NCBI GenBank assembly: GCA_964529555.1
Contig: CAZGWV010000001.1
Coordinates: 24,592 to 88,591, forward strand
Direction: 5' to 3'
DNA: 64,000 nucleotides
Origin: an uncultured Rhizobium sp.
Lineage (GTDB): Bacteria > Pseudomonadota > Alphaproteobacteria > Caulobacterales > Hyphomonadaceae
Positions 9,814 to 20,440 of this stretch are shown here, in pieces (within the stretch, counting starts at the first letter, position 1; each line of letters starts with the position of its first letter). The translations under genes and the position numbers were made by a program. The notes beneath the pieces are model-generated. The model was not told where the DNA came from. It ran no database searches and saw nothing but the letters and a program-made list of their open reading frames with translations.

Positions 9814-11940
9814 TCACGGCACTGGCAACCACGGATCGTAGTCCGGCCAAGGCTGCGACGGCGCCGTGCCGACTGAGTCTGGCCTACTCCAGCCCGGCGC
9901 ATAGCCATCTGGGCGTATGCCGTCATCATCGCTCGAGCCTGGCTGTGCCTCCTCCAAGACCCGTGCAGCACCGGCGTTGCTATTGCCATGACCTCTTCGG
10001 CTAAAGAACGCATCGTACTTTGTGGGTCCTGGATTCTCAGGCGTGCCAACAATCTCGTCCACTCGTTTTCCAGCACGGATGATTGCCTCGTCTGTGAAGC
10101 CTTTTCCCGTCAAGTCGACTTGATGAGTAATCTCTATTCTGCCCTTTGCCGCGTCCTGGTCATCCTTGTTGGTTGGAGAACTAGGGTCTCCTGCCGTTTC
10201 GACGAGTTGACCATGCGGGCCACTCCCGTACTGCGGACCATACGAAAACCGAGCACGCTCAGAACCGTCAGAGTTTGTTACGACTATGAAGCAGTGTTGG
10301 CCAAAAGTCATAACGGGCCTGCAGAGTAGAGTAGAATCCCGGCCGGTAGGATCCACTTTATTCATCGGATCGTTCCCGACATAGGCGTACAGGTTCATCT
10401 GGTCTTGCGTCCCGATCGGATCGGTCTGCATGAACCTGCCGAGGTCGGGATTGTAGATGCGGGCCTTGTAGTAATAGAGCCCGATCTCCGGCAGCCAGGT
10501 CTGGCCGGTGTACTGGAACCGGCCGGTGTAGGTTCCGCTCGGATTGCCGTATTCGTCATAGCGCATGTAGGTCACCGCCGATCCGGTGTCGGCGGCGATC
10601 ACCGAGCCGCGCTCGTCCTTGAACAGGTGGCGCTTGTCCGAGGTTCCCGCGCCCTCGAACCACACGATCGGATCGTCCACGCCCGGCCCATGCACATAGC
10701 GGCGCAGCAGCGTGTTCGAGCCGTTGTACTCCGCGATCAGCCGCGTCCCGTCATAGAGGAACTTCGTCGTCGTGCCGCCCTGCGCGATGGAGAGCAGCCG
10801 CCCGGTCGGATCGTAGGCGAGCGCCGCGCCGTTGGACGACGATGTCAGCCGGTTGGAGCTGTCATAGGTATAGGTCTTGGTCGTGTCGTTCGTCGTGTTG
10901 CCGCGGCCGTCATAGGCGAGGCTTGAGCCGGCCACCGTCGTGTACTGGTTGAGCCCGTTCACCGCATAGGCGTCGGTGAACGTCGCGCCATAGGTCCACT
11001 CATAGAGCGCGCCCGCCGCCGTCCGCGTCGTCAGCTGGCCCGCCGGGGAGTAGCCGAACGTGCGCGAGAGGTCATAGGTGGAGCCGCCCGTCACCAGATC
11101 ATGGCTCAGCCCGGCAAGCCGCGAGAGCGCATCATAGGTGTACGCCGTGCGCGCCACGCCCGAGGCGCAGGACGAAGCCGTCCCCGTCCCCCGGCACATC
11201 GACGCCCGCCGGCCCAGCTGATCGGCGTAATACGTCGCCAGCACGTCGGCCCCGGATGTCGCGCCGTTGAGCCCGATCAGCTTCAGCGATCCGTCGTCGA
11301 AATACTGGTAGTTCGTGTAGAACCCAGAGCCCGGATATGTCAGCTGCGTGCGCTGGCCCGCCGTGTCATAGGCGTAGGCGACCGTCCCGTTGGGCTGCGC
11401 CTCGCTCGTGACCCGCCCGAGCGCGTCATAGGTCCAGCTGAGCGTCGCGCCCGTCTGCGCCGCCGAGACCAGGTTGGCGAAATTGTCATACCCGTTGGTG
11501 ACGTCCAGCTCGGAGCCGGGCCTGTTGATGAAACGCAGCCGGCCCAGATTGTCGTACGTGCTGGCCACCGTCAGCCCGTCGCGCCGCCGCTCGGATGTCC
11601 GGTTGCCCGCCGCGTCATAGCCGTATTCCTCATAGTCCGTCGTCGAGCTTGTCCCCGCGCCAACGGCCGGCGAGGGATAACGCAGCCGCCGCAGCCTGTT
11701 GTGGCCATCATATTCATGGGTCGTCAGGTTGCCGGCTGCATCGCGCAAGGCGCCGACCTGTCCCTTGAGGAGATAAGTCATGGTCCGTTCGGCGCGCGCA
11801 TACGGCGTGCCATGGCCCGTGCGCAGCGTTTCAACGTCGCCATCGGCAAAATACGTCATATGCGTAATGCGATCCGCACCGAACGACCCGGCCGCGCTCT
11901 GCGTGCACGCGGCGGGAAGCGACCCGAACAGGGCGCACAC
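9814..11940 (-). CDS. Orphan Rhs C-terminal cassette (YD-repeat core fragment + distinct toxin tip), locus A
   Basis: 708 aa with no signal peptide or N-terminal domain. YD repeats throughout and a core-end motif ...[18 protein letters not shown] followed by a unique 175-aa tip (9814-10341). Its middle is base-for-base identical to Rhs A (see repeat features). Confidence 0.85.
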   Translation of the reverse strand: MCALFGSLPAACTQSAAGSFGADRITHMTYFADGDVETLRTGHGTPYARAERTMTYLLKGQVGALRDAAGNLTTHEYDGHNRLRRLRYPSPAVGAGTSSTTDYEEYGYDAAGNRTSERRRDGLTVASTYDNLGRLRFINRPGSELDVTNGYDNFANLVSAAQTGATLSWTYDALGRVTSEAQPNGTVAYAYDTAGQRTQLTYPGSGFYTNYQYFDDGSLKLIGLNGATSGADVLATYYADQLGRRASMCRGTGTASSCASGVARTAYTYDALSRLAGLSHDLVTGGSTYDLSRTFGYSPAGQLTTRTAAGALYEWTYGATFTDAYAVNGLNQYTTVAGSSLAYDGRGNTTNDTTKTYTYDSSNRLTSSSNGAALAYDPTGRLLSIAQGGTTTKFLYDGTRLIAEYNGSNTLLRRYVHGPGVDDPIVWFEGAGTSDKRHLFKDERGSVIAADTGSAVTYMRYDEYGNPSGTYTGRFQYTGQTWLPEIGLYYYKARIYNPDLGRFMQTDPIGTQDQMNLYAYVGNDPMNKVDPTGRDSTLLCRPVMTFGQHCFIVVTNSDGSERARFSYGPQYGSGPHGQLVETAGDPSSPTNKDDQDAAKGRIEITHQVDLTGKGFTDEAIIRAGKRVDEIVGTPENPGPTKYDAFFSRRGHGNSNAGAARVLEEAQPGSSDDDGIRPDGYAPGWSRPDSVGTAPSQPWPDYDPWLPVP
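10808..11686. repeat. Direct repeat copy 1 (orphan rhs), apparently 100% identical to 13540-14418
   Basis: Line-by-line comparison at a fixed offset of 2732 nt shows identical sequence. The antisense ORFs 11101.. and 13833.. in the track are identical for ~195 aa, which corroborates this. Weaker homology continues down to the DPxG motif. Confidence 0.85.
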
Positions 11941-11998
11941 CTTGCGGCCTATTCGTATTCGGGTTTCACAACCGTGACACCGAACGCGCCGGTTGAGT

Positions 11999-12517
11999 TT
12001 AGTCCCACCATGGAAGATCCTGCCCGAACGAAAACACGATCTTGTATGCTGGGACCGCTAAGCCTTCATTTTCAGGAACATCGAATACTCTCCGCTTAGA
12101 CAAAACACTTTTGTCGCAGAACTTCTTTTCGTACCCGACGATTGGCCAAATTGCTTGCACATCCACGTCGGTTGAATCCAGCGGGATCAAATCCCAAAGC
12201 GTGGATACGTTGTGCACACTTTGATCCCCAAAGCGCGCAACCGCCCAAAATGGGCCGACGGCTGAAATCGCACAAAGCAGCCTGCTGCTATCGGAGAGCA
12301 AATCCAGAAAGAACGCCGAATCGTTATTAGGCTCCGTCAGGTCTCGGACCCAAAACATCTTGAAAAGAAGCCGAGTATTATTATCGACCCATCCCCTCTC
12401 AAGGGTCCTCGCAACTGCGCGGAAATTCGGTGATCGAAGATCGCCGAGGCTTCTTTCAGCCTCAGACTCGATATCTTCAATTTGCGCAACTTTTCTCTGG
12501 TCCGCAGGGGTAACCAT
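11999..12517 (-). CDS. Putative immunity protein for Rhs A
   Basis: AT-richer ORF overlapping the Rhs A stop (12477). I prefer the second ATG at 12517, which is preceded by AGGAAG 6 nt upstream; the tracked start is 12535. Acidic cytoplasmic-type protein with no recognised family. Positional inference. Confidence 0.5.
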   Translation of the reverse strand: MVTPADQRKVAQIEDIESEAERSLGDLRSPNFRAVARTLERGWVDNNTRLLFKMFWVRDLTEPNNDSAFFLDLLSDSSRLLCAISAVGPFWAVARFGDQSVHNVSTLWDLIPLDSTDVDVQAIWPIVGYEKKFCDKSVLSKRRVFDVPENEGLAVPAYKIVFSFGQDLPWWD

Positions 12518-15500
12518 GGATTCTTCCTGAGGCATCTTCTACCGTTCTTACCGAAGTCTGAGACCCGCCATTAGGCCCGGTACCCGTTGCAACGCCGTAA
12601 GCCTTTTCACGGGCAATGCCACCGTTTGGATCGACACGAACAATTTGACCATTCGCTGCGGTGTCACGAGTAAGTTTTTCGCCCGAGCCAGCCCCAAAGA
12701 AAGTCGATGTCGGTTTACCTTGAGAAACGCGATTCACATTCTGTGGCGTACCCGGGATGTGACCAGCCTGCTTTTGCGCAGCAATAATTGCTTGACTTGG
12801 TGACTGCGGACCAAACGTCTTTACGGCAACAGCGCCTGCAGCGCCCACCGACACCGGATTTTCAGCGAGAGCATTCGCTGCAGTAGTAACTGCGGTCGTT
12901 GTCTGCGGGAACCTGGTTGCGAATGCGACAGCCACTCCCGGAGCCGCAACAGCGCCTACAACCGCTACCGCCACAGCTGCGGCTTGCGGTCCTTGCACGC
13001 GGTCATTCTGCACTCTGCGCATCATGAAGTCGGCATCCTGCGGATAGTGATAGCAGAATTCGCACATCCCCGTCGGATCCGTCTTGTTCATCGGATCATT
13101 CCCGACATAGGCATAGAGGTTCATGCTGTCCTCGTAGCCGATGGGATCGGTCTGCATGAACCTGCCGAGGTCTGGATTGTAGACGCGGGCCTTGTAGTAA
13201 TAGAGGCCGATCTCCGAGAGCCAGGCCTGTCCCGTGTACTGGAACCGGGGGACGGTCGAGCCGGTGATGCTCGGATTGCCGTACTCGTCATACTTGATCG
13301 TGGTGACCGATGAGCCCGTGTCGGCGGCGATCACGGAGCCGCGCTCATCCTTGAACATGTTGCGCTTGTTGGTCGTGCCCGCGCTGCCATACCAGACGAT
13401 GGGATCGTCCACGCCGTCCCCGTGCACATAGCGGCGGAGCAGGCTGTTGGAGCCATTGTACTCCGCGATCAATCGCGTGCCGTCATAGAGGAACTTCGTC
13501 GTCGTCCCGCCCTGCGCGATGGAGAGCAGGCGGCCGGTGGGATCGTAGGCGAGCGCCGCGCCGTTGGACGACGATGTCAGCCGGTTGGAGCTGTCATAGG
13601 TATAGGTCTTGGTCGTGTCGTTCGTCGTGTTGCCGCGGCCGTCATAGGCGAGGCTTGAGCCGGCCACCGTCGTGTACTGGTTGAGCCCGTTCACCGCATA
13701 GGCGTCGGTGAACGTCGCGCCATAGGTCCACTCATAGAGCGCGCCCGCCGCCGTCCGCGTCGTCAGCTGGCCCGCCGGGGAGTAGCCGAACGTGCGCGAG
13801 AGGTCATAGGTGGAGCCGCCCGTCACCAGATCATGGCTCAGCCCGGCAAGCCGCGAGAGCGCATCATAGGTGTACGCCGTGCGCGCCACGCCCGAGGCGC
13901 AGGACGAAGCCGTCCCCGTCCCCCGGCACATCGACGCCCGCCGGCCCAGCTGATCGGCGTAATACGTCGCCAGCACGTCGGCCCCGGATGTCGCGCCGTT
14001 GAGCCCGATCAGCTTCAGCGATCCGTCGTCGAAATACTGGTAGTTCGTGTAGAACCCAGAGCCCGGATATGTCAGCTGCGTGCGCTGGCCCGCCGTGTCA
14101 TAGGCGTAGGCGACCGTCCCGTTGGGCTGCGCCTCGCTCGTGACCCGCCCGAGCGCGTCATAGGTCCAGCTGAGCGTCGCGCCCGTCTGCGCCGCCGAGA
14201 CCAGGTTGGCGAAATTGTCATACCCGTTGGTGACGTCCAGCTCGGAGCCGGGCCTGTTGATGAAACGCAGCCGGCCCAGATTGTCGTACGTGCTGGCCAC
14301 CGTCAGCCCGTCGCGCCGCCGCTCGGATGTCCGGTTGCCCGCCGCGTCATAGCCGTATTCCTCATAGTCCGTCGTCGAGCTTGTCCCCGCGCCAACGGCC
14401 GGCGAGGGATAACGCAGCTTCTTCAGCCGCCCGAACCCGTCATACTCATAGGTGGTGAGATTGTTCTTCGCGTCCTTCACGCTCGCCGTCACGCCCGAGA
14501 GCGTATAGGTGAACGTCCGCTCGTTCCGCGCCAGCGCCGAGCCATGGCCCGATCGGATCACCGTCACGTCGCCGTTGGCGTTGTAGCTCGTCTTCACGAT
14601 CCGGTCCGGCCCGAACGCTCCCGTCGCCCCCGGCGAGCACGCGGGCGGCGGCGAACCGTAGATCGCCGGGTTCATCCGCACCGCGACACAGTCCACCCGG
14701 CTCATCACGTCATAGGAATACTGCGTCACCGCCTCGGGCTGGCCCGTGCCCACATTGATCGCATTCTCGCGGATCTTCCGGCCGTAGGCGTCGTAGGCGG
14801 TGGTGGATTTGGCCAGCACCGTCATGGTCGAGGCGCAGAAATTGTTGGCCGCCGAGCAGTTGGCCGGGGAGGACACCGTCCCTTGCTCCACCATCGTCAC
14901 CTGGCCGTCGGCGTTATAGGTCGTGCGCGTCGCACGGTAGAGCAGTGCGCCGCCGCCATCGGGATCGGGCGACACCACGACGCGCGGCTGGCGCATGGCG
15001 TCGTAATAGGTCCACACCTTGTCCGCCGTTCCGCTGAGCGGGCCGTCGATGCTCGCGATGTCCCCCTGCGGCGTGTAGGTCGTCGCAACCCGCGAATTGG
15101 TGGACGTGTACGCCGTCGCGTTGTTCCCGGCCCGCGTCACCACCAGCGTCGGGCGCCGCTTGGCGTCGTAGGTGGTCTCCACCACCGTCTCGTCCGCCGT
15201 TCCCGCGCAGGACGCCGTCGTCCGGCACGACTTCACCGTCGCCACCCGCGTGACCCCGCCCGATGTGGCGTAGGTGTAGCGCGTCTGTGGCTGGATCGCT
15301 GAATAGGGACCCGAGCCCGGCGCGACGCTTGTCGCCGTCAGCACCCCGCCATGACTGTAGTCGTAGGTGTAGGCCGTCGCGAACCCGCGCACGTCCGTCA
15401 CGCTGGTCGGCCGCCGGCACACCAGCGGATTGGACGTGCAGGCGGGATAGCTGGCGGATGTGACCGCGTTGGAAAACCCGAAGCCGGGCCTGGGCGAGCG

Positions 15501-16781
15501 CGTGATCTGGGTGACCACGCCCGTCGCCGGGCTGCGCGTAACAAGGATGCCGCCCCCCTCCGGGACGGAGCCCGAGACGAACCCCGATCCGTTCTGGACG
15601 GTGGTTCTCTCATATCCCAGGGGATTGGTGACGCTACTCATCTCCGTCAGGTAAGCGTCGTCTATTGGGCGATAGTCCCAGAAATACTTGTAGGCGGTCT
15701 GGCCGTTGTTCGGATCGGTGACGGTCGTGGTGAAGTAATAATCCTCCTCCGGATGGGGGCAGGTGATATGCGGCAGCGGCGCGCCCTGCGGTGTGGGTAT
15801 GCAATCCGACCATGCATAGCTGTACTGCCACGTCCCGAGGCCGTCCGTGGCGGAGGTCACCCGCCGGACACTGTCGGTGAGCATCTCGTGCGTATAGGAG
15901 ACCGATGCGCCGGACGTCTTCGTCGGCCGGGCCATCCCGATCAACTTGGAGGCTAAGGGCGCGTCGCTGTCATAGATGATCCGCGTGGTGCGGTTGAGCG
16001 AATCCGTGACGTGATGCTCGAACCCGACCTTCGAGAACGTCAGGCTGGGCCAGGTGATCGAATAGGTGCATGTCGCGGCGTTCGGCGCGCAGGGATCGAC
16101 CGCCGTGTCGAACGCCGTGACCTTGGTGAGCGTGGTTCCAGAATAGTCGAAATGCAGCTGGTAGCCGAGATTGTTGGCGACGGACCGGATATTGGAATCT
16201 GCATAGGTATAGGTGATGACCTCGCCGTCCGGCCTGGTGATCGACGTGATCAGGCCCTGATTGGACTGGTATCGCGAGCCCATGCCCGTCTTCTTGGTAT
16301 AGTCGTACGTGCCGATGCTCCCGTCCGGGGCGGTGTAGGTGAAGATGTCGCCGGACTTGGTGAGCGTCCCCAGCCCATCCATCAGCACAAAGGGGCCGCC
16401 GCAGCCATTGGGCTGGAAGATGTTCGACTTTCCCATAAAGGTGACGGTGTAATATTTGTAGCAATAGGGGTCGGACCCGACGGGCTTGTTGATGCCGCCC
16501 CAGTTGCTGTAGCGCCAATACCTGGCCTTGCTGTCCCAGGACGCCGCAAACGACAGCCCGCCATTGGCAGGATCGCCGACGCTGATGGTCGGGGACGAGA
16601 TCTGCACCGAACCGGACGACATATCGACGCCGAACCTGTCGACCGTCTGAAACGTCGGCGGCGGCTCGATGTCGGTCTGCGCAAACGCCGGCCCCGCGAC
16701 AAGGCCGATCACGCCGGCAGCCATGGCTATCGACACGCGGAATGCTCGGACAAAAAGCTCGCAGTCGAGTCTTTTGCGCAT
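12477..16781 (-). CDS. Rhs-family polymorphic toxin A, full length with Sec signal peptide
   Basis: Tracked ORF trimmed to the ATG at 16781, which follows GGGGGGA ([36 protein letters not shown]...). ~1434 aa with dozens of YD repeats (YxYDxxGR). Core end [12 protein letters not shown], then a 196-aa C-terminal tip. Confidence 0.9.
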   Translation of the reverse strand: MRKRLDCELFVRAFRVSIAMAAGVIGLVAGPAFAQTDIEPPPTFQTVDRFGVDMSSGSVQISSPTISVGDPANGGLSFAASWDSKARYWRYSNWGGINKPVGSDPYCYKYYTVTFMGKSNIFQPNGCGGPFVLMDGLGTLTKSGDIFTYTAPDGSIGTYDYTKKTGMGSRYQSNQGLITSITRPDGEVITYTYADSNIRSVANNLGYQLHFDYSGTTLTKVTAFDTAVDPCAPNAATCTYSITWPSLTFSKVGFEHHVTDSLNRTTRIIYDSDAPLASKLIGMARPTKTSGASVSYTHEMLTDSVRRVTSATDGLGTWQYSYAWSDCIPTPQGAPLPHITCPHPEEDYYFTTTVTDPNNGQTAYKYFWDYRPIDDAYLTEMSSVTNPLGYERTTVQNGSGFVSGSVPEGGGILVTRSPATGVVTQITRSPRPGFGFSNAVTSASYPACTSNPLVCRRPTSVTDVRGFATAYTYDYSHGGVLTATSVAPGSGPYSAIQPQTRYTYATSGGVTRVATVKSCRTTASCAGTADETVVETTYDAKRRPTLVVTRAGNNATAYTSTNSRVATTYTPQGDIASIDGPLSGTADKVWTYYDAMRQPRVVVSPDPDGGGALLYRATRTTYNADGQVTMVEQGTVSSPANCSAANNFCASTMTVLAKSTTAYDAYGRKIRENAINVGTGQPEAVTQYSYDVMSRVDCVAVRMNPAIYGSPPPACSPGATGAFGPDRIVKTSYNANGDVTVIRSGHGSALARNERTFTYTLSGVTASVKDAKNNLTTYEYDGFGRLKKLRYPSPAVGAGTSSTTDYEEYGYDAAGNRTSERRRDGLTVASTYDNLGRLRFINRPGSELDVTNGYDNFANLVSAAQTGATLSWTYDALGRVTSEAQPNGTVAYAYDTAGQRTQLTYPGSGFYTNYQYFDDGSLKLIGLNGATSGADVLATYYADQLGRRASMCRGTGTASSCASGVARTAYTYDALSRLAGLSHDLVTGGSTYDLSRTFGYSPAGQLTTRTAAGALYEWTYGATFTDAYAVNGLNQYTTVAGSSLAYDGRGNTTNDTTKTYTYDSSNRLTSSSNGAALAYDPTGRLLSIAQGGTTTKFLYDGTRLIAEYNGSNSLLRRYVHGDGVDDPIVWYGSAGTTNKRNMFKDERGSVIAADTGSSVTTIKYDEYGNPSITGSTVPRFQYTGQAWLSEIGLYYYKARVYNPDLGRFMQTDPIGYEDSMNLYAYVGNDPMNKTDPTGMCEFCYHYPQDADFMMRRVQNDRVQGPQAAAVAVAVVGAVAAPGVAVAFATRFPQTTTAVTTAANALAENPVSVGAAGAVAVKTFGPQSPSQAIIAAQKQAGHIPGTPQNVNRVSQGKPTSTFFGAGSGEKLTRDTAANGQIVRVDPNGGIAREKAYGVATGTGPNGGSQTSVRTVEDASGRIHGYPCGPEKSCAN
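13540..14418. repeat. Direct repeat copy 2 (Rhs A core), identical to 10808-11686
   Basis: See copy 1. Identity ends abruptly at 14418/11686 (…aacgcagc | ttcttcag versus cgccgcag). Confidence 0.85.
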
Positions 16782-16813
16782 TGGTCCCCCCGATTCAGAT
16801 TGATTGCGCCGTC

Positions 16814-17098
16814 CTAGCTGCGCTTCTCGTAAGCGCGGACAACTTCCTTGCCCGACCCCGTGGCCTTGAACGGCGAGGTCAGCCGACCGTCGAGACGCGC
16901 AACTTCCCCCGTGACCGTGTTGACGACGATCTTGCGGCAGCGCATTTCGTCGCAAACCTCTCTCTCCGCCCAGGGATCGCTGAGCGTGCCTTCCGCAGAG
17001 ATCACGACTTCGCCCGCCTTGCCTGGAGTTCTCTGGGCGAGGGCCGCCGATGAGGCCAAGGCGGCGCAGACCGCCAGCCATGCTATCCTGTCAATCAT
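16814..17098 (-). CDS. Small secreted two-Cys protein, Rhs-associated family (copy A)
   Basis: 94 aa, signal peptide [22 protein letters not shown]. Shares G.VV....G.L..PW....C....C..I..N..TGE(V/I)AR..G..S.F...G.G.EV with ORFs 28080-28409, 36628-36963 and 43110-43415. Sits between the YD/cadherin gene and Rhs A. Confidence 0.7.
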   Translation of the reverse strand: MIDRIAWLAVCAALASSAALAQRTPGKAGEVVISAEGTLSDPWAEREVCDEMRCRKIVVNTVTGEVARLDGRLTSPFKATGSGKEVVRAYEKRS

Positions 17099-17153
17099 GG
17101 CGCACGTCCCCTCCCGTCACGGATTGAGCTGAAAGTTCAGAAGGACCGACGCA

Positions 17154-17681
17154 TCACAGCCACTCATAGCATTCATCCGCAGGCTTGCACAAAAGGAACT
17201 CGATCGTCAGCGTCGCGGAAGATGTCTGATTGGTCGAATCCTTGATGGAGTACGTAAAGTTCTTGACGCCGGGCGTCGCCGTTCCAGACCACAGGAGCGC
17301 ATCCGCGCCACCCACGTTGACGATGGAGAGCCCAGAGCCGCTCACCGACGTTATCGAGAGAGTGTCCGCCGGCAGATCGGGATCGGTGTCGTTGGAAAGG
17401 ACGTAATAATAGGCCGTCACCGGATTTTTGTAGTAGGTGGCGTAATAGTCGTTGTGGGCAGTCGGCGGCGAGCCGCCACCGCCGCCCGCCGAACAGCCCG
17501 ACGCCGCCGAAACGCTCGTCCGGTTGTCGGCGCTGTCATAGTTATAGCAGACAGGCGTGCCCGAACTCGGCGTGACCTTCGTCAACCGCCCCAGCGCGTC
17601 GTAGGAATATGTCTGCGATACCTGCGCGGTCGCGCTTGACGTCAGCAGGGCCATAACAACGGCCACACCAAAGCAACGCAT
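17154..17681 (-). CDS. Secreted YD-repeat + cadherin-like/VCBS-type domain protein, Rhs-associated family (copy A)
   Basis: Tracked ORF trimmed to the ATG at 17681, after GGAGGGGG. Signal peptide MRCFGVAVVMALLTSSATA/Q, two YD repeats (YSYDALGRLTKV, YNYDSADNRT), a Gly linker, a VLSNDTDPDLPADTLSITSV cadherin-like signature, and a C-terminal C-x5-C. Confidence 0.7.
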   Translation of the reverse strand: MRCFGVAVVMALLTSSATAQVSQTYSYDALGRLTKVTPSSGTPVCYNYDSADNRTSVSAASGCSAGGGGGSPPTAHNDYYATYYKNPVTAYYYVLSNDTDPDLPADTLSITSVSGSGLSIVNVGGADALLWSGTATPGVKNFTYSIKDSTNQTSSATLTIEFLLCKPADECYEWL

Positions 17682-17752
17682 GCAGCGGCCCCCTCCCACG
17701 TGCAACAGCATGGGCTGCTGCATCCCTCGATCAGGAGCGTAGGCCGATCCCT

Positions 17753-17780
17753 GCGAGACTCGCAATCGAAAACTTCGCGC
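17753..17780 (-). promoter_or_regulatory. Conserved upstream element of the locus A operon (shared with locus B)
   Basis: On the minus strand this reads GCGCGAAGTTTTCGATTGCGAGTCTCGC, ~75-100 nt upstream of the YD/cadherin ATG. A near-identical CACGCGAAGTTTTTGATTGCGAGTCGCG sits at the equivalent place upstream of locus B. Confidence 0.3.
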
Positions 17781-17947
17781 AGCTGTGGAATTCTTTGTTC
17801 GCTGCTGGCAGGCGCTGGCGCGGCGACATGCACGTCGTTTGCCGTCTCATGAATACGCAGCGGTTGACGATCTCCTCCAGTTTTCCTCGGGCGCTCGTTG
17901 GAAAGAATCTCGGGAAGCAGCCGTCGAATTCGACATTGTGCAGACGG

Positions 17948-18490
17948 TTAGCTTTTGAACATCCATCCTAGGAGAATTGCCAATGCGATGTATGGCCCAA
18001 AGGCCACGCGCGCTCCTCGCATGCTTGTTCCGGACGCTATTGCGCCAATCGCGACGACCAGGAGCGCGCATGCCGACGCGATCAGCGTTAGGTGGGGGAG
18101 CCACTCCCAGCCAAGCCATGCTCCACCAGCTCCCATCAGTTTGGCGTCGCCCTGACCGAGAGCTGGTCGGCCAAGAATGCGCGTAAACAGATGACCGAGT
18201 GCGGTGAACGCTCCGTAGCCCAACGTCGCGCCGATCATTGCGTTCGGTAGCTCCGGCGCTGGCGCGTACGCGGCGCTCATAAGACCGACGATCAGGAGTG
18301 GGATGGTCAACAAGTTGGGCAGACTGAATCGGTCTATGTCGACCATCGTCGTCCACGCCAGCGTTGCTGACAGAAAACACCCAGCCGGCCAGCGCTCCGA
18401 GGGCGTCAACAACACGCACATGCCGAACGCGGCGGCGGCTAGCAATGCAGCCACTACGGCCTTGCCTCTGGGCAGGTAGAGCGCATGCAC
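17948..18490 (-). CDS. gspO: Prepilin peptidase (A24 family, GspO/PilD-like; no methyltransferase-size N-domain)
   Basis: 180 aa polytopic membrane protein with the two aspartate motifs MVDIDRFSLPN and GQGDAKLMGAGGAWLG. Confidence 0.8.
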   Translation of the reverse strand: MHALYLPRGKAVVAALLAAAAFGMCVLLTPSERWPAGCFLSATLAWTTMVDIDRFSLPNLLTIPLLIVGLMSAAYAPAPELPNAMIGATLGYGAFTALGHLFTRILGRPALGQGDAKLMGAGGAWLGWEWLPHLTLIASACALLVVAIGAIASGTSMRGARVAFGPYIALAILLGWMFKS

Positions 18491-18504
18491 GGGCGATTGC
18501 CTCG

Positions 18505-18945
18505 CTACTGCCTGAACATTTCGATGCGGCGTTCGGGAGGTCCTTCAAGCACCACGGCGGCGGCCTCAACCTTCAGCACTTTGCCGGCGGAGGTATCGTC
18601 GCCTTGTTTCACCTGCACCGATTGACCGCCAATCAGGAGGCTTGCCCGCAGCGATCCCCCCATGCGGCTGATGCCCGTCAACCGCACCTCGATCGGTGGC
18701 GGCGGAGGGGCCATCGATGCACTGCGGTCAAACGCGCTACGATCCGATGCAAACGGTGATCGCTCAAGAATCGATGGTCCTGCTTTCGGCTCGGTCGGCG
18801 GCAGTGGAGCAAATTGCGCGCGCAGAATGGCAGGCGGGTTCGCATCGCTCAACGTTACTTCGGGCGGCTCAAGCATCGGCGCCGTTGCCGCGGAGGCGGC
18901 GAGAGCGATCAGCACGATACCGGTGATGCGCAGAAACCCTCTCAT
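18505..18945 (-). CDS. Periplasmic T2SS accessory protein, GspC/GspN/PilP-like
   Basis: 146 aa. N-terminal TM anchor, Pro-rich linker, C-terminal beta-rich segment (VRLTGISRMGGSLRASLLIGGQSVQVKQGDD..GKVLKVEAAAVVLEG) resembling the PilP/GspC HR domain. Assignment rests on position and this pattern only. Confidence 0.35.
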   Translation of the reverse strand: MRGFLRITGIVLIALAASAATAPMLEPPEVTLSDANPPAILRAQFAPLPPTEPKAGPSILERSPFASDRSAFDRSASMAPPPPPIEVRLTGISRMGGSLRASLLIGGQSVQVKQGDDTSAGKVLKVEAAAVVLEGPPERRIEMFRQ

Positions 18946-19484
18946 GGCGATACCTCTACGGGACGCCAGGCGCGTCCGATCTGGGCTTTCACCGAGAGGA
19001 ATATGTCGGGCCGCGGGCCCTGGCCGGCTTCGATTTCCAGGCGCCGCACCATGAGAAACGGGCGCTCGGCGTCAAAACTCGAAAGGAATGCGACCAGCGC
19101 CTGCAGGTCGGCTGTGAACGTAAGGTCAATCCAAACACCCTGGCCGAAGCCGCCAAGATGCTCGGCGGCGAGCGGCTGCGTTGACTGAACGGCGAGACTT
19201 GCGCTGCGGGCCAAACGGTCAACGGCGGCCTGCAGGGCAAGTTGCGCCTCGGCAGTGTCAATGTGCGCCGCTGCGAGGTCGATGGGATTGTAGGCTGCAC
19301 CTGCTGGTGGAGATGACGAGGCGAGCGAGGCATAGCGTGCGAGGCGGTTCTCAGCCTCACTGCGCAGCGCCAGGGCGTCGACAAGCGGATAGCCCAGGGC
19401 CGAGACCGCAGCGCCGAGCCCGACCCCAAGGACTATGAGGGCGGCGAATTTTTGGAGGAGCGGGTGAAGTGTGCGCTGTTTCAT
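18942..19484 (-). CDS. GspM-like T2SS inner-membrane protein
   Basis: Trimmed to the ATG at 19484 (ATGA overlap with the upstream gene). ~180 aa, single N-terminal TM (FAALIVLGVGLGAAVSALGY), periplasmic remainder. Size, topology and position after the gspL-like gene fit GspM. Confidence 0.45.
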   Translation of the reverse strand: MKQRTLHPLLQKFAALIVLGVGLGAAVSALGYPLVDALALRSEAENRLARYASLASSSPPAGAAYNPIDLAAAHIDTAEAQLALQAAVDRLARSASLAVQSTQPLAAEHLGGFGQGVWIDLTFTADLQALVAFLSSFDAERPFLMVRRLEIEAGQGPRPDIFLSVKAQIGRAWRPVEVSP

Positions 19485-20440
19485 GGGGCAACCGTCTTGC
19501 GTTCGCGGGCGATGATCTCGAACGACTGGTAGCTGCCAGATGGTGCGGCATTGAGGGGGCCGGTAAGTTCGATGCTCCAGGCTTTGGCAGCATCGGATAT
19601 CTGCTTGATGGCCGCAGTAGCGTCGCCCGCCTGACCGGAGAGAGTAGTCTCCAGCGGAGTCCAGCGAATTCTCGTCCACCAGGCTGTGTTGGGTGTTGCT
19701 TCATTTAGTATGGCCAAGGTCCGCAGCGCGGTATCGGCGCGGCGGCTCATGAGTCCCCGTTCGACCAGTTGAGCGGAGACGTTGGCGTCGTTGCGCGCAG
19801 CTTCTGCCGCCACGGCGGCGCGGCGCAGAGACCGCTCCTCTGCGGCGAGCCGCTCGGTCTCGGTCTGGATGTGGGCGGTCCAGACCGAGACAGCGATCAT
19901 GGTCGCGACAATGACGCCGAGAATGATGAGCGTGTCTATGAAGAGGTTTCGCCGGGCTTTGTGTTCGGTATTCGGTGACCGTAGCTCTACGTCTTGTGCT
20001 TGCTCGACGACGAATGCGACTGATTGCGCTCCTTTGCGCTGCGCAGCTTGCTCAAGCTCGGTCAATCGATCTTTGCGCGCCATTGCGACGGAGTAAGTCA
20101 GCGATCCATCCGGCGCGCGCGCGGCTGCGCTCGCGACGATGCAGAGCGCCTGCGGGAGCGCTGGCGCAAGGTCCTGAATCTTAAGACCGAGCGCCTGTCG
20201 GTGCGCATCGGCAGCGCCTTTGGGTAGCCGCGCGGTCGCAGCGAACCCGTCAGTCTCGCCAAGGACGACTGTCACCTTGGAGGGAAGGCGCTTTTTGCTC
20301 GATTCGATATCGTCTACGGAAACCATCTTGCGAGCCGGGGAGCCGAACAGGGCGGTGATCTGCGATGTCCACCAGCGGACGGTGCTGGCGATAGGATTGA
20401 GGCGATCAAGGACGCTGGGCTGAAGACGAAGCTCTGTCAT
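19481..20440 (-). CDS. GspL-like T2SS assembly-platform protein
   Basis: ~319 aa from the ATG at 20440 (TAATG overlap with the pseudopilin gene). Cytoplasmic domain, central TM (LFIDTLIILGVIVATMIAVSVW), periplasmic domain, i.e. bitopic GspL/PilMN-like architecture. Confidence 0.45.
   Translation of the reverse strand: MTELRLQPSVLDRLNPIASTVRWWTSQITALFGSPARKMVSVDDIESSKKRLPSKVTVVLGETDGFAATARLPKGAADAHRQALGLKIQDLAPALPQALCIVASAAARAPDGSLTYSVAMARKDRLTELEQAAQRKGAQSVAFVVEQAQDVELRSPNTEHKARRNLFIDTLIILGVIVATMIAVSVWTAHIQTETERLAAEERSLRRAAVAAEAARNDANVSAQLVERGLMSRRADTALRTLAILNEATPNTAWWTRIRWTPLETTLSGQAGDATAAIKQISDAAKAWSIELTGPLNAAPSGSYQSFEIIARERKTVAP

Noticed and set aside
13833-15302. Long antisense ORFs inside Rhs genes (also 11101-12099, 30549-31658, 33430-34041, 39748-40470, 40528-41106)
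   Set aside because: Extremely Arg/Pro/Gly/His-rich translations on the strand opposite clear YD-repeat coding frames. This is a typical high-GC antisense artefact.
12477-16781. YD-repeat periodicity interpreted as DNA tandem repeats
   Set aside because: The repeats are degenerate at the nucleotide level and only recognisable as a protein motif (YxYDxxGR). The real DNA-level repeats are the long inter-gene duplications listed as features.
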